From Eledone cirrhosa (Eukaryota), in assembly GCA_964016885.1 (NCBI GenBank), contig OZ024741.1, positions 303,614,001-303,678,000 of the forward strand: a stretch of DNA of 64,000 nt, given 5' to 3'. The notes beneath the pieces are model-generated. The model made no database searches. It was not told where the DNA came from and was given only the letters and a program-made list of their open reading frames with translations. The first letter of the stretch is position 1, and each line of letters starts with the position of its first letter. Positions 63,091 to 64,000 of this stretch are shown piece by piece. A program made the translations under genes and the position numbers.

Positions 63091-64000
63091 ATATACCAAC
63101 ACCAACAACACAACCAACACCACTTCTACCAATATAACAACACCAACACAATCACAACCAACACAACTACAAACCAATAGACCAACACCAACACAATCAC
63201 AACCAACACACTACCACCAATATACCAACACCAACACAATCACAACCAACACAACTACCACCAATAAACCAACACCAACAACACAACCAACACAGCTACC
63301 ACCAATATAACACCAACACAATCACAACCAACACAACTACCACCAATATACCAACACCAACAACACAACCAACACAAATACCACCAATATACCAACACCA
63401 ACACAATCACAACCAACAGAACTCCCACCAATATACCAACACCAACAACACAACCAACACAACTATCACCAATATACCAACACCAACAACACAACCAACA
63501 CCACTACTACCAATATAGCAACAACAAAGCAATCGCAACCAACACAACTACCACCAATATACCAACACCAAGACAATCACAGCCAACACAACTACCAGCA
63601 ATAGACCAACACCAACACAATCACAACCAACACATCTACCACCAATATACCAACACCAACAACACAACCAACACAACTACCACCAATATAACAACACCAA
63701 CACAATCACAACCAACACAACTACCACCAATATACCAACACCAACAACACAACCAACACAACTACCACCAATATACCAACAGCAACACAACCACAACCAT
63801 CAGAACTCCCACCAATATACCAACACCAGCAACACAACCAACGCAACTATCACAAATATACCAACACCAATAACACAACCAATACCACTACTACCAATAT
63901 ACCAACAACAACACAATCGCAACCAACACAACTACCACCAATATACCAACACCAACAACACAACCAACACAACTACCACCAATAGACCAACACCAACACA

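Larger units (their letters stand above)
56049..64000. repeat. Type B repeat block 3 (mainly 41- and 44-bp units; runs off the right edge)
   Basis: Units ACCACCAATATACCAACACCAACAACACAACCAACACAACT (41 bp) and ACCACCAATATACCAACACCAACACAATCACAACCAACACAACT (44 bp), with an AATAGACC variant. Only short ORFs that rotate frame. Confidence 0.96.

Noticed and set aside
59302-63494. Short ORFs in the B array (MCWCWYIG..., MYQHQQ...)
   Set aside because: Frame-rotating translations of 41/44-bp units; their recurrence simply follows the DNA duplications.
1-64000. Canonical telomerase-made telomere or G-quadruplex array
   Set aside because: Units are long and heterogeneous with kb-scale higher-order structure, and the minus-strand consensus has only GG runs, not GGG tracts.
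1-64000. Pure assembly or sequencing artefact
   Set aside because: Position-specific variants, diverged duplicates and layered structure are not expected from a collapsed or looped assembly. The near-identical tandem copies (1407, 1181, 2012, 755 bp) should still be verified with spanning reads.

Overview
The whole 64 kb is one compound, strongly strand-asymmetric tandem-repeat locus. The + strand is almost only A/C with very little G. I see no conventional gene, RNA gene, mobile element or CRISPR array. Three components explain the window. (A) A 39-bp minisatellite, consensus ACAACCACAATCAACACCAACATCACTACCAACAACAA(C/T) (A20 C16 T3 G0), covers about 53 kb in five blocks. (J) A ~140-150 bp junction element occurs five times (36675, 37856, 39151, 46364, 55900). 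(B) A related repeat with core ACCAATATACCAAC and units mostly 29/32/41/44 bp always follows J. The order is therefore A(n)-J-B(m), repeated five times, overlaid by nested kb-scale duplications (about 0.75, 0.9, 1.1, 1.2, 1.26, 1.4, 1.55, 2.0, 3.3, 7.2 and 8.1 kb). The giant ORFs in the six-frame track are largely compositional. Every codon of the Thr/Asn/Ile frame (TTTINTNITTNNN) starts with A and cannot become a stop by one substitution. The mucin-like frame (QPQSTPTSLPTTI) is broken by many TAA stops, and about 30 frameshifting indels occur, many of them copied between duplicated blocks. The best-supported reading is a eukaryote-type satellite/minisatellite array. A coding or ex-coding (mucin-like or N-glycoprotein) origin is possible but unproven. 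The organism cannot be determined. Boundaries were read by eye and are approximate.
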